64,000 nucleotides of DNA from Minisyncoccota bacterium (GTDB taxonomy: Bacteria; Patescibacteriota; Minisyncoccia; Phycocordibacterales; UBA9973), in assembly GCA_041666225.1 (NCBI GenBank), contig JBAYHJ010000004.1:4350-68349 (forward strand), in the 5' to 3' direction. The notes beneath the pieces are model-generated. The model ran no database searches, was not told the origin of the DNA, and was given only the letters and a program-made list of their open reading frames with translations. Positions 1-9,807 of the stretch are shown piece after piece. Every line of letters begins with the position of its first letter. Positions within the stretch are counted from its first letter, which is position 1. The position numbers and the translations under genes were made by a program.

Positions 1-687
1 AGTAAAACCAACAATAGCCTGTAATTGTTCTACCATAATTGTTATAGCTTTTTCAAGAGCTTCTCGTGGAGTTAAAGTTCCATCGGTTTCAATTGTCATG
101 CGTAAACGATTGTGGTTTGTCTTGTCTCCTACGCGCATATTTTCAACCTCATAAGACACTCTTCGAATTGGAGTAAAAATAGCATCCAACGATATAATTC
201 CTACTTCATTTTTAATTTTTTGGTGCATTTCTTTTGGAATAAAACCTAAACCTTTTTCAACCGTCATTTCAATTGAGAGAGTATTTTTCCCTGTCACTTC
301 TGCTATATAAAGGTCACTATTCAAAACTTCAACTTGTCCTGTTTTCTCTATATCTCCTGCTGTAATTTGTTTAGGTCCCTTAACTTGCAATTTAACAGTT
401 TGAGGTTCATCAGTATTTAAACGAAAACGAACTTGTTTTAAATGAAGAAGAATTGTAATAACATCTTCTTTAACTCCATCAATTACAGAAAATTCATGAT
501 CTACTCCATCAATTTTTATAGATGTAATAGCAGCTCCTGTCAAAGAAGACAAGATGATACGACGAAGTGAATTACCCAGAGTATGTCCATACCCAGGATA
601 AAGACCATCTATTTCATAAACACCTTTTGTGTCTACTTCTGAAATGATAGATAGTTTTGATGGTAGTATAATATTTAAATCAGACAT
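1..687 (-). CDS. rpoA: DNA-directed RNA polymerase alpha subunit, N-terminal part; the gene runs off the window start
   Basis: Reverse translation from 687 begins MSDLNIILPSKL.. and contains ..GHTLGNSLRRIILSSL.. (alpha N-terminal domain). It sits in the canonical S13-S11-S4-rpoA order. It is absent from the ORF track because it is truncated at the window edge. Confidence 0.8.
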   Translation of the reverse strand, partial: MSDLNIILPSKLSIISEVDTKGVYEIDGLYPGYGHTLGNSLRRIILSSLTGAAITSIKIDGVDHEFSVIDGVKEDVITILLHLKQVRFRLNTDEPQTVKLQVKGPKQITAGDIEKTGQVEVLNSDLYIAEVTGKNTLSIEMTVEKGLGFIPKEMHQKIKNEVGIISLDAIFTPIRRVSYEVENMRVGDKTNHNRLRMTIETDGTLTPREALEKAITIMVEQLQAIVGFT

Positions 688-752
688 AGTTATATGATAT
701 TGGAAAGCTATAAGCTCTCGTATTATTTATAAAAATTAACCATACTTTATTC

Positions 753-1361
753 TTAACGACTATAAAACTCTAACACAGTGTTAAGGTCAATATATCCTTC
801 AATATTTTTTGGCTTTCCTTGGATTTTTCCAGAAAGACTTTCTGCATTAAATGTTAACCAGTTTGGGCAAGTATAATCTTTCATTCTGTTAACCATATCA
901 GCAAATAAAACACTCTTTTTACTACCTTCTCGAACTGCAATTACATCTCCAACTTGTACACGTTGTGATGCCACTGTGGTCTTTTTACCATTAACAACAA
1001 TATGACCGTGGGAAACCATTTGGCGAGATAAGCGACGAGAATGAGTTAACCCTAATCGATAAACAACATTATCGAGACGATTTTCTAATAATTCAAAAAG
1101 ATATTCAGTTGCTAGTGATCCCTTATGGTCAACTACTTCTTTAATATAATTTGAAAATTGTTTTTCACTAATACCATACATAAAGCGAACTTTTTGCTTT
1201 TCAATAAATTGAGTAGCGTAACCGGATAAAGGTTTTGGACGTTTACCTTTGGTATTTTTAGCGTGACGAGCTTCAGACATAGCAAATTTAGTTGTTTGAC
1301 ATTTTTCAAACACTCCTGGTCCTAGTCTTCTACATATTTTATACATTTGAACTGTTTTCAT
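753..1361 (-). CDS. rpsD: 30S ribosomal protein S4
   Basis: 202 aa with ..YRLGLTHSRRLSRQMVSHGHIVVNGKK.. (S4 domain), located between S11 and rpoA. Confidence 0.9.
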   Translation of the reverse strand: MKTVQMYKICRRLGPGVFEKCQTTKFAMSEARHAKNTKGKRPKPLSGYATQFIEKQKVRFMYGISEKQFSNYIKEVVDHKGSLATEYLFELLENRLDNVVYRLGLTHSRRLSRQMVSHGHIVVNGKKTTVASQRVQVGDVIAVREGSKKSVLFADMVNRMKDYTCPNWLTFNAESLSGKIQGKPKNIEGYIDLNTVLEFYSR

Positions 1362-1369
1362 AATATTTT

Positions 1370-1819
1370 TTATACTCTACGAGGCTTTTTAGGTTTTGGT
1401 CCGTTGTGCGGAACTGGTGTAACATCATTGACTCCTGTTATTTCTATATCATAAGCCATGAAAGCACGAATGGTAGGTTCACGACCACTACCTACTCCCT
1501 TAACTTTGACATCTACTTCTTTTATTCCAAGAGCTTTTGCTTTTTCTCCAATAACAGATCCAGCTTTTGAAGCAGCAAATGGTGTACCCTTTTTAGCTCC
1601 TTTAAATCCTAGAGATCCAGCTGAAGTCCAAAACAAAGTATTACCTTCTTTGTCAGATAAAACTACTTTAGTATTATTAAAGGTTGCTTCTACGTGTAAA
1701 GTTCCGGCCACTATCTTTTTTTTTGGTGTTTTACCTCCTTGTTTAGGTGCAACTTCTGCTACTTTTTCAGTAGCTTCAACTTTATCTTCTTCTTTTGTTA
1801 TAATTTTTATCTTTCCCAT
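1370..1819 (-). CDS. rpsK: 30S ribosomal protein S11 with a Lys-rich N-terminal extension
   Basis: 149 aa with ..GTLHVEATFNNTKVVLSDKEGNTLFWTSAGSLGFKGAKKGTPFAA.. (S11 signature) and correct operon context. Confidence 0.9.
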   Translation of the reverse strand: MGKIKIITKEEDKVEATEKVAEVAPKQGGKTPKKKIVAGTLHVEATFNNTKVVLSDKEGNTLFWTSAGSLGFKGAKKGTPFAASKAGSVIGEKAKALGIKEVDVKVKGVGSGREPTIRAFMAYDIEITGVNDVTPVPHNGPKPKKPRRV

Positions 1820-1830
1820 ATGAATATTAA

Positions 1831-2211
1831 TTATGTTTTACTTTCTTTTCGGCGACCAGATGCCATTGTTTTTCTAACGTTACCTCTGACAGTCCTAGAA
1901 TTAGTCTTTGTTCTTTGACCATTAACTGGTAACCTACGCATATGCCTCACTCCTCGATATGCTTTAATATCTTTTAATCTTTTTATATTGGAAGCAATCT
2001 CACGTTTCAGAGTTCCCTCAATAGACATGGTCTCTATTATTTTACGGATTGCATTTTCTTCTTCAGTGGTTAAAGTATCTGCTTTAATATCAGGATTTAT
2101 ATTCACCTCTTTCAATATAGATTTTGCACGTGGGATACCAATACCATAAAGACTAGTAAGTCCTATATATAGATGCTTGTTGTTTGGAATAGTTATACCG
2201 AGAATTCTCAT
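1831..2211 (-). CDS. rpsM: 30S ribosomal protein S13
   Basis: 126 aa beginning MRILGITIPNNKHLYIGLTSLYGIG.., typical of S13. Confidence 0.9.
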   Translation of the reverse strand: MRILGITIPNNKHLYIGLTSLYGIGIPRAKSILKEVNINPDIKADTLTTEEENAIRKIIETMSIEGTLKREIASNIKRLKDIKAYRGVRHMRRLPVNGQRTKTNSRTVRGNVRKTMASGRRKESKT

Positions 2212-2217
2212 ATAAAA

Positions 2218-2328
2218 TTATTGTTTTTGTTTATGTTTAGGATTATCACAAATGACACGAAGATGACCACTTCGTTTGATTAATTTACATTTTGTACAAA
2301 TTTTTTTTACTGCAGATTTAATTTTCAT
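2218..2328 (-). CDS. rpmJ: 50S ribosomal protein L36
   Basis: Manual translation of the reverse strand gives [36 protein letters not shown]. It is below the ORF-track size cutoff. The Zn-ribbon CxxC..C..H pattern and its position after S13 support the call. Confidence 0.85.
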   Translation of the reverse strand: MKIKSAVKKICTKCKLIKRSGHLRVICDNPKHKQKQ

Positions 2329-2432
2329 TTTTCGTTTAAATGCTAAAGAAAAATATAGGGCTTTTACCCTGTATTTTTACCATATAAGCACATACTATTC
2401 TATAATACACTACTTTAATAAAATAAGCAAGG

Positions 2433-2648
2433 CTAACCTCTTTTTATGATCCTTCCCTTGCCACCATAAGGATCAAGTAGAACCTCTACCTTATCTCCAA
2501 CTAATACTTTGATTCTATGCATTCGCATTTTACCAGCAAGATAGGAGAGGATTATTTTTCCATCCCCAACATCTACTCGAAAAAGTGTATTAGGAAGCGC
2601 TTCCGTAACAATCCCCATCACTGTATTTTTATCATCTTTTTGATTCAT
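2433..2648 (-). CDS. infA: translation initiation factor IF-1
   Basis: 71 aa S1-like fold with ..GIVTEALPNTLFRVDVGDGKIILSYLAGKMRMHRIKVLVGDKVEVLLDPY...GRI.. Confidence 0.85.
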   Translation of the reverse strand: MNQKDDKNTVMGIVTEALPNTLFRVDVGDGKIILSYLAGKMRMHRIKVLVGDKVEVLLDPYGGKGRIIKRG

Positions 2649-2692
2649 TAATGCTTTGTAAATATAACAAATAAATAATTTTTAGTCAACAT

Positions 2693-4054
2693 TTATTGTA
2701 TAACAATATTTATTTTATTTGTATTTCTGGGTAAGTGTTTTTTCCAAGGTGGAAATACGCTCACTATTGCCGATGAAATTCCTGGGTCTTGTCTAAAAAT
2801 TGATAGTACATCAGCCTTATTAATTCCTACTAATTTTGATTTAAGCATTTCTATATCTGGATTCCAGATCGCTTTTATATCTCCTGTAAGAGAAAAAGGT
2901 ATTGATTCTAATTCTTTGGTAATTAACTGCTCCTTATCTGAAAAATTAAAAATTAAATTATTTAAATCTACTATATTTACTTCTTTTAATTCACCTTTAG
3001 ATATATTTGCTAATGAATTTTTTATAATACTATCAATTAAACTTTTCTCGTTTAATAAAACTACAGACAACTCTCCATCTATTTTAACTGTAGCTTCTGG
3101 GGTTTTAGATATTGTGTTCTCATCAATCTTATAAAAATACGACATGGCTAAAGGATATAAAATATAACCAGAAGGAACTTGAGATTTAACTTTATCCAAT
3201 AATTTATTTTTAAAAGAATTTTGAGCTACATTATCAATATTTTCTTTATCTTTATCACCAACTGAATATACTAAACCTTGAGCTCCTCCTATAAGTGGAC
3301 TTTTCAATTTCCCATAAATTTTATTATATTTAGAAGTTCCCTTAAACGCATTCACATGAAAATCTGTTGGTTCTCCATTATATTCTTCTCCCGGAAGAAA
3401 AGATATTAGATTTACCTCTATTTGACCAGGAGTAATTTTCTTGTCTATAATTTTGTAACCTGGAATAATTATCGTCGAATCTGTTTTATAAACTTTTCCC
3501 TCTTCATCAGAGATAAATGAACCTATTGTTATTTTTTGAGATGTAGTACTAAATTCATTGTATAAAATAATACTTCCATGAGCTTTTATTGATACATCTT
3601 TTGGTTCAGTTAATGTTAAATTTTTCAAAAAATTATCTGAAACTATCATTATTTCAAAATCTACTCCATTATTATTTAAAACCTTAGAAGCAGTAAACAA
3701 TTTATGATCATAATTTATGTTTTGTTTTTTAGAAGTGATAGTAACTATAGCCTTGTGAAAATAATTACCACCCCAATAAATTGCTCCCACTAATAATGAA
3801 AAAATCAAAAATGATACCAATGGCCTACTAAAAAGTCTGGATTTTCTAGCCACCTGAGGAGTTCTTGGTAGTTTTGTGGTATGAGAAGTTCTGCTATTTA
3901 TATAGGTTTCAACATCAATTTCTTTTTTTTTGACCTCTTCTCTATATAAATTACTATTAACATTGGAATCAAAATAATGACTCATATTTTCTTGTGGTTT
4001 AATTATTTTTTTATCTTTATTAAGTTTTATATCCTCCAAGATAATTCTAGTCAT
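2693..4054 (-). CDS. hypothetical bitopic membrane protein with a large extracytoplasmic domain
   Basis: 453 aa. An about 80-aa cytoplasmic N-terminus is followed by a single TM helix (LVSFLIFSLLVGAIYWGG) and a long beta-rich C-terminal region. Its start overlaps the upstream actin-like ATPase gene by coupling. Confidence 0.5.
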   Translation of the reverse strand: MTRIILEDIKLNKDKKIIKPQENMSHYFDSNVNSNLYREEVKKKEIDVETYINSRTSHTTKLPRTPQVARKSRLFSRPLVSFLIFSLLVGAIYWGGNYFHKAIVTITSKKQNINYDHKLFTASKVLNNNGVDFEIMIVSDNFLKNLTLTEPKDVSIKAHGSIILYNEFSTTSQKITIGSFISDEEGKVYKTDSTIIIPGYKIIDKKITPGQIEVNLISFLPGEEYNGEPTDFHVNAFKGTSKYNKIYGKLKSPLIGGAQGLVYSVGDKDKENIDNVAQNSFKNKLLDKVKSQVPSGYILYPLAMSYFYKIDENTISKTPEATVKIDGELSVVLLNEKSLIDSIIKNSLANISKGELKEVNIVDLNNLIFNFSDKEQLITKELESIPFSLTGDIKAIWNPDIEMLKSKLVGINKADVLSIFRQDPGISSAIVSVFPPWKKHLPRNTNKINIVIQ

Positions 4055-4055
4055 G

Positions 4056-5243
4056 TTATTTATCCTTTTTTCTCATTATTGAAATAGCCTCTACCATTAA
4101 AAATGGGTCACATTCTCCATTTTTAACATCACACATATTTAAAAATTCAGGTCCATCTAATGTTACAATAATACTTTTATGCACAGAGACTGTAGGTTTT
4201 ATATAATCCTCACTTTGTAAAACATTTACAAACCAACCTTTCATATCATTGTCTGTTGTTAAAAATATTGTATTAGGAAGAATAAGTGTTCTTGGTAACG
4301 TACTTATACATTGTTTAAAAGCTTCACCCCAAGAATTTTCGATTGATTTTAAAAGTGGTTCAATTTTTTTCTTAAATGCATCGGATAAATTATTCTCACT
4401 ATAAAGTTTAAAAAGCTCTTTTGCATCACGTAACTCAATTTCTAATTTGGTACACATATAATCGAAGAAGGTTTTCTTTCCAAAAGGAAAAGAAAGAACC
4501 GACTTTAATATTCCCTTTGTTACTATTCCTACATCGGTTATTTCTCCGCTAATATCGAGCAATAAATATGAATCTTGTGTTAAATATTTATCTCTTATAG
4601 CTAGATATGTAGATAAAGTAAATGTAGAAAAACTAACTTTTGTATGATGAAAAGTTTTCGATAATGTTTCCTTAATCTTATCTAGACACAATTTAGGAGC
4701 AAGAGATATAACCATATCCATTTCCAAAGATTGACACTTTTTACCGACAGGGTCTTCTATCGCATATCCATTCAAAGATACAGACATTGTATTTTTCTCA
4801 ATAATTTCAGGAGCACCTTCTAGAGTCCCGTATTTTGTCTTATACAATTGAGTAAGATTCGTTATTTCTTTTTCAATTAATTCACTAGCTAAATGTTTTG
4901 TAAAAGTAAAAGGTTTTTCTTTGTTTAGTATGATAGATCTAGTCTCTGATAAATACCACGGTGAAGCGAGGACACAGACAATTTCATCTGGGGCTCCAAT
5001 TTTTTTATCATACAAAGAAGTCACTGTTTCTCTCAAAGCAGAAATCATATCTTTTGTAAAAAAATTAAAATCAAAATCTTTGTGAAATTTTACGTCTGTT
5101 CTTACTGATTTTAATATTACTGGTATCTCTTTATTATCCATAGGAACACGAACGATAGCTCCTCCAACACTTCCAGATCCAATATCAAAAATCGCAATAA
5201 AACTTTCTTTTTTTTGTGTAAATAAAAATCCCATAGTATTCAC
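4056..5243 (-). CDS. actin-fold (ASKHA) ATPase, PilM/FtsA-like
   Basis: 395 aa. A phosphate-1-like N-terminus (IAIFDIGSGSVGGAIV) and a phosphate-2-like motif (LLLDISGEITDVGIV) are present. A bona fide ftsA is annotated elsewhere at 26741, so this is a paralogous actin-like protein. Confidence 0.5.
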   Translation of the reverse strand: MNTMGFLFTQKKESFIAIFDIGSGSVGGAIVRVPMDNKEIPVILKSVRTDVKFHKDFDFNFFTKDMISALRETVTSLYDKKIGAPDEIVCVLASPWYLSETRSIILNKEKPFTFTKHLASELIEKEITNLTQLYKTKYGTLEGAPEIIEKNTMSVSLNGYAIEDPVGKKCQSLEMDMVISLAPKLCLDKIKETLSKTFHHTKVSFSTFTLSTYLAIRDKYLTQDSYLLLDISGEITDVGIVTKGILKSVLSFPFGKKTFFDYMCTKLEIELRDAKELFKLYSENNLSDAFKKKIEPLLKSIENSWGEAFKQCISTLPRTLILPNTIFLTTDNDMKGWFVNVLQSEDYIKPTVSVHKSIIVTLDGPEFLNMCDVKNGECDPFLMVEAISIMRKKDK

Positions 5244-5289
5244 AGTATACTACAGGATTAATAAAAATGCTCAATATGTTGTGGAAAAA

Positions 5290-7113
5290 TTATTCAAGTG
5301 TTGCTTTTATTCTACGTATTCCAGAGGCAACGGCTTCTTCTTTCTGTATTTTGAAATGACCTAATTCTCCTGTTTTAGATACATGAGGACCGCCACAGAA
5401 TTCTTTTGAAATAGCATTATCATCTTCATCTTCTATAAAATAAACTGATACAATATCTGGATACTTAGCCCCAAATTCCATTTGAGCTCCAATCTTTTCT
5501 GCAACTTCTAGTGGCATTTCTTTTCTAACTACATTTAAATTTCTTTTTATCTTATCATTTACCCAATTTTCAGTTTTTATTTTTTCCTCATCAGTAAGTT
5601 TATGATCACAAATAAAATCTATTCGTAGTCGTTCTTCGGTTATATTACTTCCCCTTTGTTTTATATCATGACCAACAACTTCTTGTAAGGCTGCTAAAAG
5701 TAAATGGTGAGCAGTATGAAGTTTAATAGTTTTTTCACTATGATTTGCCAGTCCACCTTTAAACATACCAGCCGATGAAGTTCTTGACTGATTCTGGTGT
5801 AATTTTAGTTTTTTATTAAAATCTTCTAAATCAATAATCCTACCAATTTCTTTAGCCATTTCAATAGTAAGTTCAATGGGAAAACCATAAGATGTAAATA
5901 AAATAAATGGATCTTGTTCTTTTTTGAATTCTTTCATTCCAAGCTCTAAGGTATGTCTAAATTTTATTTCTTCATTGTTTATTTCTTCAAGTATTTTATT
6001 TGAATTTAATTCAAGATCACTATAAAAAGTTTTATATTTTGAAACTACAACTTCTGCAATTAGTTTTAGGGTATTTTTCTCAAATCCTAATTTATCAGCA
6101 AATCTTACCGCACGTCTAACTAATCTACGTAAAACATATCCCCTGTCTGAATTAGAAGGAATAACTCCATCGTTAATCATAAAAACACTAGCCCTCATAT
6201 GATCAGCGACAATTCTCATTTCTTTTCTTGTTTCAACCCAACAACTTTTCCCCGCCTTTATGTATTCTCCATCCTTTTTTTCTCCATAAGAAAGACCTGA
6301 CAACTCTTCTATTTTTTTTATTATATCCTCAAACAAATCAGTATCATAAGCGGTTTGTTTTTTTTGCATGATGGCTGTCATTCTATCAACCCCTGCCCCC
6401 GTATCAACATTTCTTTGTTTTAATTTACCTATAACTATTCCATCTTTTTTTTCATATTCCATAAAAACATCATTCCAGATTTCTATCAAATCTTCAGTTC
6501 GAACTGCATTCAAAAACTCATCTTTAGATAAATCTCCAACCTTATTATCTGTCATATCATAAAACATCTCACTGCAAGGACCACAAGGACCATTCTCTCC
6601 TGGACTCCACCAATTATCATCAGCTTCTAAAAAGTAAATTCTATTTTCAGGTATTCCTAAACTTTTCCAAACTTCAAAAGATTCTATATCCTTGGGTGCA
6701 TTTTTATCACCTTCAAAACAAGTCACATAAAGTAACTTTGGATTAAGTCCCAACCCTTCTTTTTTCGAAGTCAAAAATTCATAACTCCAAGTTATTGCTT
6801 CTTTTTTAAAATAATCACCCAGTGACCAATTACCCATCATTTCAAAAAATGAAAAATGCCTATTATCTCCAATACTATCTAAATCACCAGTTCTTACGCA
6901 TTTTTGTATATTAGCAATTCTCTTTCCCATGGTGTGTTCTTGTCCCAAAAGATAAGGTACCAATGGTTGCATTCCTGCTGTATTAAAAAGCACAGAGGGA
7001 TCATTGTCTGGTAAAAGTGAGGCAGAATGGATTATTTTATGACCTCTTTTCTCAAAAAATTTTAAAAACCGATTTCTTATTTCGCTTGAGTGCATCTTTG
7101 CATAATACAACAA
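5290..7113 (-). CDS. alaS: alanyl-tRNA synthetase, short 607-aa form without an apparent C-terminal C-Ala domain
   Basis: The N-terminus ..FLKFFEKRGHKIIHSASLLPDNDPSVLFNTAGMQP.. is the AlaRS class II core. The editing-domain HxxxH (HTAHHLL) and CGGPHV motifs are present. Confidence 0.85.
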   Translation of the reverse strand: MLYYAKMHSSEIRNRFLKFFEKRGHKIIHSASLLPDNDPSVLFNTAGMQPLVPYLLGQEHTMGKRIANIQKCVRTGDLDSIGDNRHFSFFEMMGNWSLGDYFKKEAITWSYEFLTSKKEGLGLNPKLLYVTCFEGDKNAPKDIESFEVWKSLGIPENRIYFLEADDNWWSPGENGPCGPCSEMFYDMTDNKVGDLSKDEFLNAVRTEDLIEIWNDVFMEYEKKDGIVIGKLKQRNVDTGAGVDRMTAIMQKKQTAYDTDLFEDIIKKIEELSGLSYGEKKDGEYIKAGKSCWVETRKEMRIVADHMRASVFMINDGVIPSNSDRGYVLRRLVRRAVRFADKLGFEKNTLKLIAEVVVSKYKTFYSDLELNSNKILEEINNEEIKFRHTLELGMKEFKKEQDPFILFTSYGFPIELTIEMAKEIGRIIDLEDFNKKLKLHQNQSRTSSAGMFKGGLANHSEKTIKLHTAHHLLLAALQEVVGHDIKQRGSNITEERLRIDFICDHKLTDEEKIKTENWVNDKIKRNLNVVRKEMPLEVAEKIGAQMEFGAKYPDIVSVYFIEDEDDNAISKEFCGGPHVSKTGELGHFKIQKEEAVASGIRRIKATLE

Positions 7114-7127
7114 AAAACCAAATTTAT

Positions 7128-7157
7128 AAAGCCCCCCGACCTAGGTCGGGGGGCTTT
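7128..7157. terminator. perfect palindromic hairpin (aaagccccccgacc-taggtcggggggcttt) flanked by A/T tracts; likely a bidirectional intrinsic terminator
   Basis: A 14-bp GC-rich stem with flanking A and T runs. It lies downstream of the minus-strand mgtC-like gene and upstream of alaS. Confidence 0.5.
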
Positions 7158-7166
7158 ATAAATAAT

Positions 7167-7649
7167 TTAATTATTATCAATAGAAGGATTCTCTTTAAAA
7201 TATTTTGTCTTTTTAAGCTGCTCTTCAACAAACCACATTACTATAAAAATAAATAGAGTTAATATCGTAGCAATTATAGAAATATTATAAAGCCCAAAAC
7301 CAGCAGCCATTCCAATACCTGCTGAAACCCATAAACCGGTAGCTGTTGTAAGTCCCAGCATTTTTGATTCTTTTGAAAAAATAAGACCTGAACCAATAAA
7401 TCCAACACCAACAACAATTTGAGCAGTTATCATTAAAGGATTAAGCCCAGAAAATCCTGCATAGTATTTAACCATCTCATTTGAGATAATCACAAACAAA
7501 GCAGACCCCATAGAGACAAGTGCATAAGTACGCATACCCGCAGTCTTGTGTGCCCATACACGCTCAATACCTATAACCATTCCTAAAATCATCGCTACAA
7601 AAAGACGAATTATAATGTCGACTGTCACCGCATCAAAAATATTATTCAT
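7167..7649 (-). CDS. MgtC/SapB family membrane protein
   Basis: 160 aa containing ..GMVIGIERVWAHKTAGMRTYALVSMGSALF.., the MgtC signature, with four to five TM helices. Confidence 0.7.
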   Translation of the reverse strand: MNNIFDAVTVDIIIRLFVAMILGMVIGIERVWAHKTAGMRTYALVSMGSALFVIISNEMVKYYAGFSGLNPLMITAQIVVGVGFIGSGLIFSKESKMLGLTTATGLWVSAGIGMAAGFGLYNISIIATILTLFIFIVMWFVEEQLKKTKYFKENPSIDNN

Positions 7650-7784
7650 ATTACTATTGTATCAAATTATTTATAATTATTAAACTTTTTATAAAACCAG
7701 ATTTTTATTTTAAATTTAATGGTTTTCAATATAATTGGAATAAGATACTTAAATGACTCTAATTTTAATTTAAGTTTTTTCATA

Positions 7785-9566
7785 TTATATAAATTCCGCC
7801 TGATAACATTTTTCACAATAAACTATTTCTTTTCTTTCTGAATTAATTGCTGTTTCAAATTTATTTTGACATTGATCATCTCTATGAATATGTTCTACGA
7901 TATTTTGATATTCTCCATTTTGAGAACTTCTTCCACTACACATACATTTTCGATGATAAAGTTTTGGTGGATTAACCATTTTTAAACGTTGATAATATCT
8001 GCAATTAGGACACAAACGCGGTAAAGCTAATTTCATGGCACGATAAAATTTAAGCTCATCTGGCAAAATACGAAAAGCTGTAATACATTGATCATTACAC
8101 TTTCCCTCATGTTCACAAGAGATAATTTCATCTAAAATAGTTTCCGAAACTTCATTTATATGATTTGGTAAATTCAGTGATTTAATTGTTACTCCTAAAT
8201 CTCTTTCTTCTTGATCACGCCAAAAATATCCTTTTTCTAGTGCTTCTTCTTTAGTTAATGGAAAATATTTATTTGCCCAAGTCTCATTATACGCCCACAT
8301 AGAAAGTTCTGATGGGTAAAATTCTCCATATTTATAAATCCTACCCTTTTTGTCGACATATGGCATATCATTCATATGTTTTTTTATTTTAGGAATTAAT
8401 TCTTCATATTCTTCTTTTGTATATTGCTTATTTAAAATACAATATTTTTTCTGTCGTAATTTAACACAACCAAAGAGATTAGTCCCACCATAAATATTCT
8501 CTGAATACTCAACATCCACAGTATTATTACTTCCACGGGCAAAATAACTACGTTGCGCCTGAGTACTTCCACTAACTTCGTATAAAAGTTCTGATGTATC
8601 GCCACCAAATGTAACATCATAACTATCTTTTAATAATAAACCACAAGTAAATATATTTTTACAATTTTCTATTCCATTACGAGTCACAAAACAGTTCTTG
8701 CAATTTTTAGTATTTTTTAAATCATCACCAATTACATTGTTTGAATTTACAATAAGAGCAAACCGTCTTGGCATTTTGTAATATAGCCCCCAGAATAATT
8801 TTTCAGCTTGCTTTCGTATTTCATAACTACCTAAATCCCATTTTTTTATTTCTCTTTGATATTCTTCTTTGGAATATTTTTTATTAAAAATACAATATTT
8901 TTGATTTCTTAAATTAACACAGCCAAAACAATTGGAACACCCGATACAGTTAAAAAGAAAAGAGCAATCAAGACATTCGTCAGAAAAATATGCAAATTTT
9001 GTATTATAAGATCCATTTGAATTCACTGTCTCATACACATGATCTGTATTCCAAACTACATCAGAATCCATAGAATCACGAGTTAAAATAGCTGCTTGGC
9101 AATAAAAACAATTAATTGATTGAAATCCGCCAAAAACAAAAGTACAATCTTTACAACGAATATTGCCATGCGAATATTTACAATTGACGCAATTCCTAGA
9201 ATTTGTTCCTTGCGAAGGCACAATTTTTTGTAATTCATAAAGTTGCAAGAAAAATGGTTTAGAGAAATCATAATCTTTACCATAATCTATCGCATCCCAA
9301 TCATCACCCCACCAGCACGGAGAACAATAAACAATAAAAGGAGTTTCCGGAGCAAATAAACTCACTATATCTTTACCACATTTGTCACAATTATCTTTAT
9401 ATAAAGATCTTTCTTCTCTATAAGCCAGTCGCCTAATCAACCGACATTCTGGACACCAAGTTGGCGGTGGAACTTTTATTTTTTCGTAAAAAGAAAAATC
9501 ATCTGGCTCGATTATAAATTCGAGTTTGCAATTTTGGCATATTCTACTTTCAAACATATTACTCAT
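7785..9566 (-). CDS. cysteine-rich (about 60 Cys) protein with an internal duplication; multiple predicted Zn-ribbon-like CxxC pairs
   Basis: 593 aa. CxxC pairs occur throughout. Two homologous segments end in VNLRNQKYCIFNKKYSKEEYQREIKKW and VKLRQKKYCILNKQYTKEEYEELIPKIKKH. No recognisable enzymatic motif is present. Confidence 0.6.
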   Translation of the reverse strand: MSNMFESRICQNCKLEFIIEPDDFSFYEKIKVPPPTWCPECRLIRRLAYREERSLYKDNCDKCGKDIVSLFAPETPFIVYCSPCWWGDDWDAIDYGKDYDFSKPFFLQLYELQKIVPSQGTNSRNCVNCKYSHGNIRCKDCTFVFGGFQSINCFYCQAAILTRDSMDSDVVWNTDHVYETVNSNGSYNTKFAYFSDECLDCSFLFNCIGCSNCFGCVNLRNQKYCIFNKKYSKEEYQREIKKWDLGSYEIRKQAEKLFWGLYYKMPRRFALIVNSNNVIGDDLKNTKNCKNCFVTRNGIENCKNIFTCGLLLKDSYDVTFGGDTSELLYEVSGSTQAQRSYFARGSNNTVDVEYSENIYGGTNLFGCVKLRQKKYCILNKQYTKEEYEELIPKIKKHMNDMPYVDKKGRIYKYGEFYPSELSMWAYNETWANKYFPLTKEEALEKGYFWRDQEERDLGVTIKSLNLPNHINEVSETILDEIISCEHEGKCNDQCITAFRILPDELKFYRAMKLALPRLCPNCRYYQRLKMVNPPKLYHRKCMCSGRSSQNGEYQNIVEHIHRDDQCQNKFETAINSERKEIVYCEKCYQAEFI

Positions 9567-9807
9567 ATTTTTTTACAATTTCCTGCCCTGTAGGAAGAAA
9601 AATGTGCATTCGACGTTTTGATTTCCTTTGGGGTGGCAATTCCTTGTTTCTGAATTCATACATAAATTATATTCCAATTTGCCCATTTATTCAATATGTT
9701 TTAACATTATGTTTTCAAATTCTGTTTTTTTACGCATATGCATAAATTTATAGAATCTAGCTAGATTGTTATTCTTCTTCTTCAAAATATCTATTACTAG
9801 ATATTTA

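Noticed and set aside
1458-1823. Plus-strand 121-aa ORF antisense to rpsK
   Set aside because: It lies entirely inside the well-supported S11 gene on the opposite strand and is a shadow ORF. The same reasoning applies to 2916..3134, 6368..6562, 7017..7256, 8432..8620, 9083..9283, 9980..10204, 10510..10692, 10724..10945, 11482..11679, 13477..13671, 14543..14854, 17470..17694, 19484..19756, 22026..22208, 23534..23716, 24998..25360, 27166..27510, 28022..28996, 30848..31135, 31555..31755, 33105..33410, 34694..35149, 35067..35255, 37518..37781, 38436..38684, 38874..39089, 39330..39539, 39597..40271, 40665..40940, 41097..41297, 42250..42441, 43285..43929, 45245..45445, 47541..48059, 48697..48888, 51375..51611, 51762..51998, 56155..56852, 57542..58130, 58597..58794, 59783..60013 and 61282..61476.
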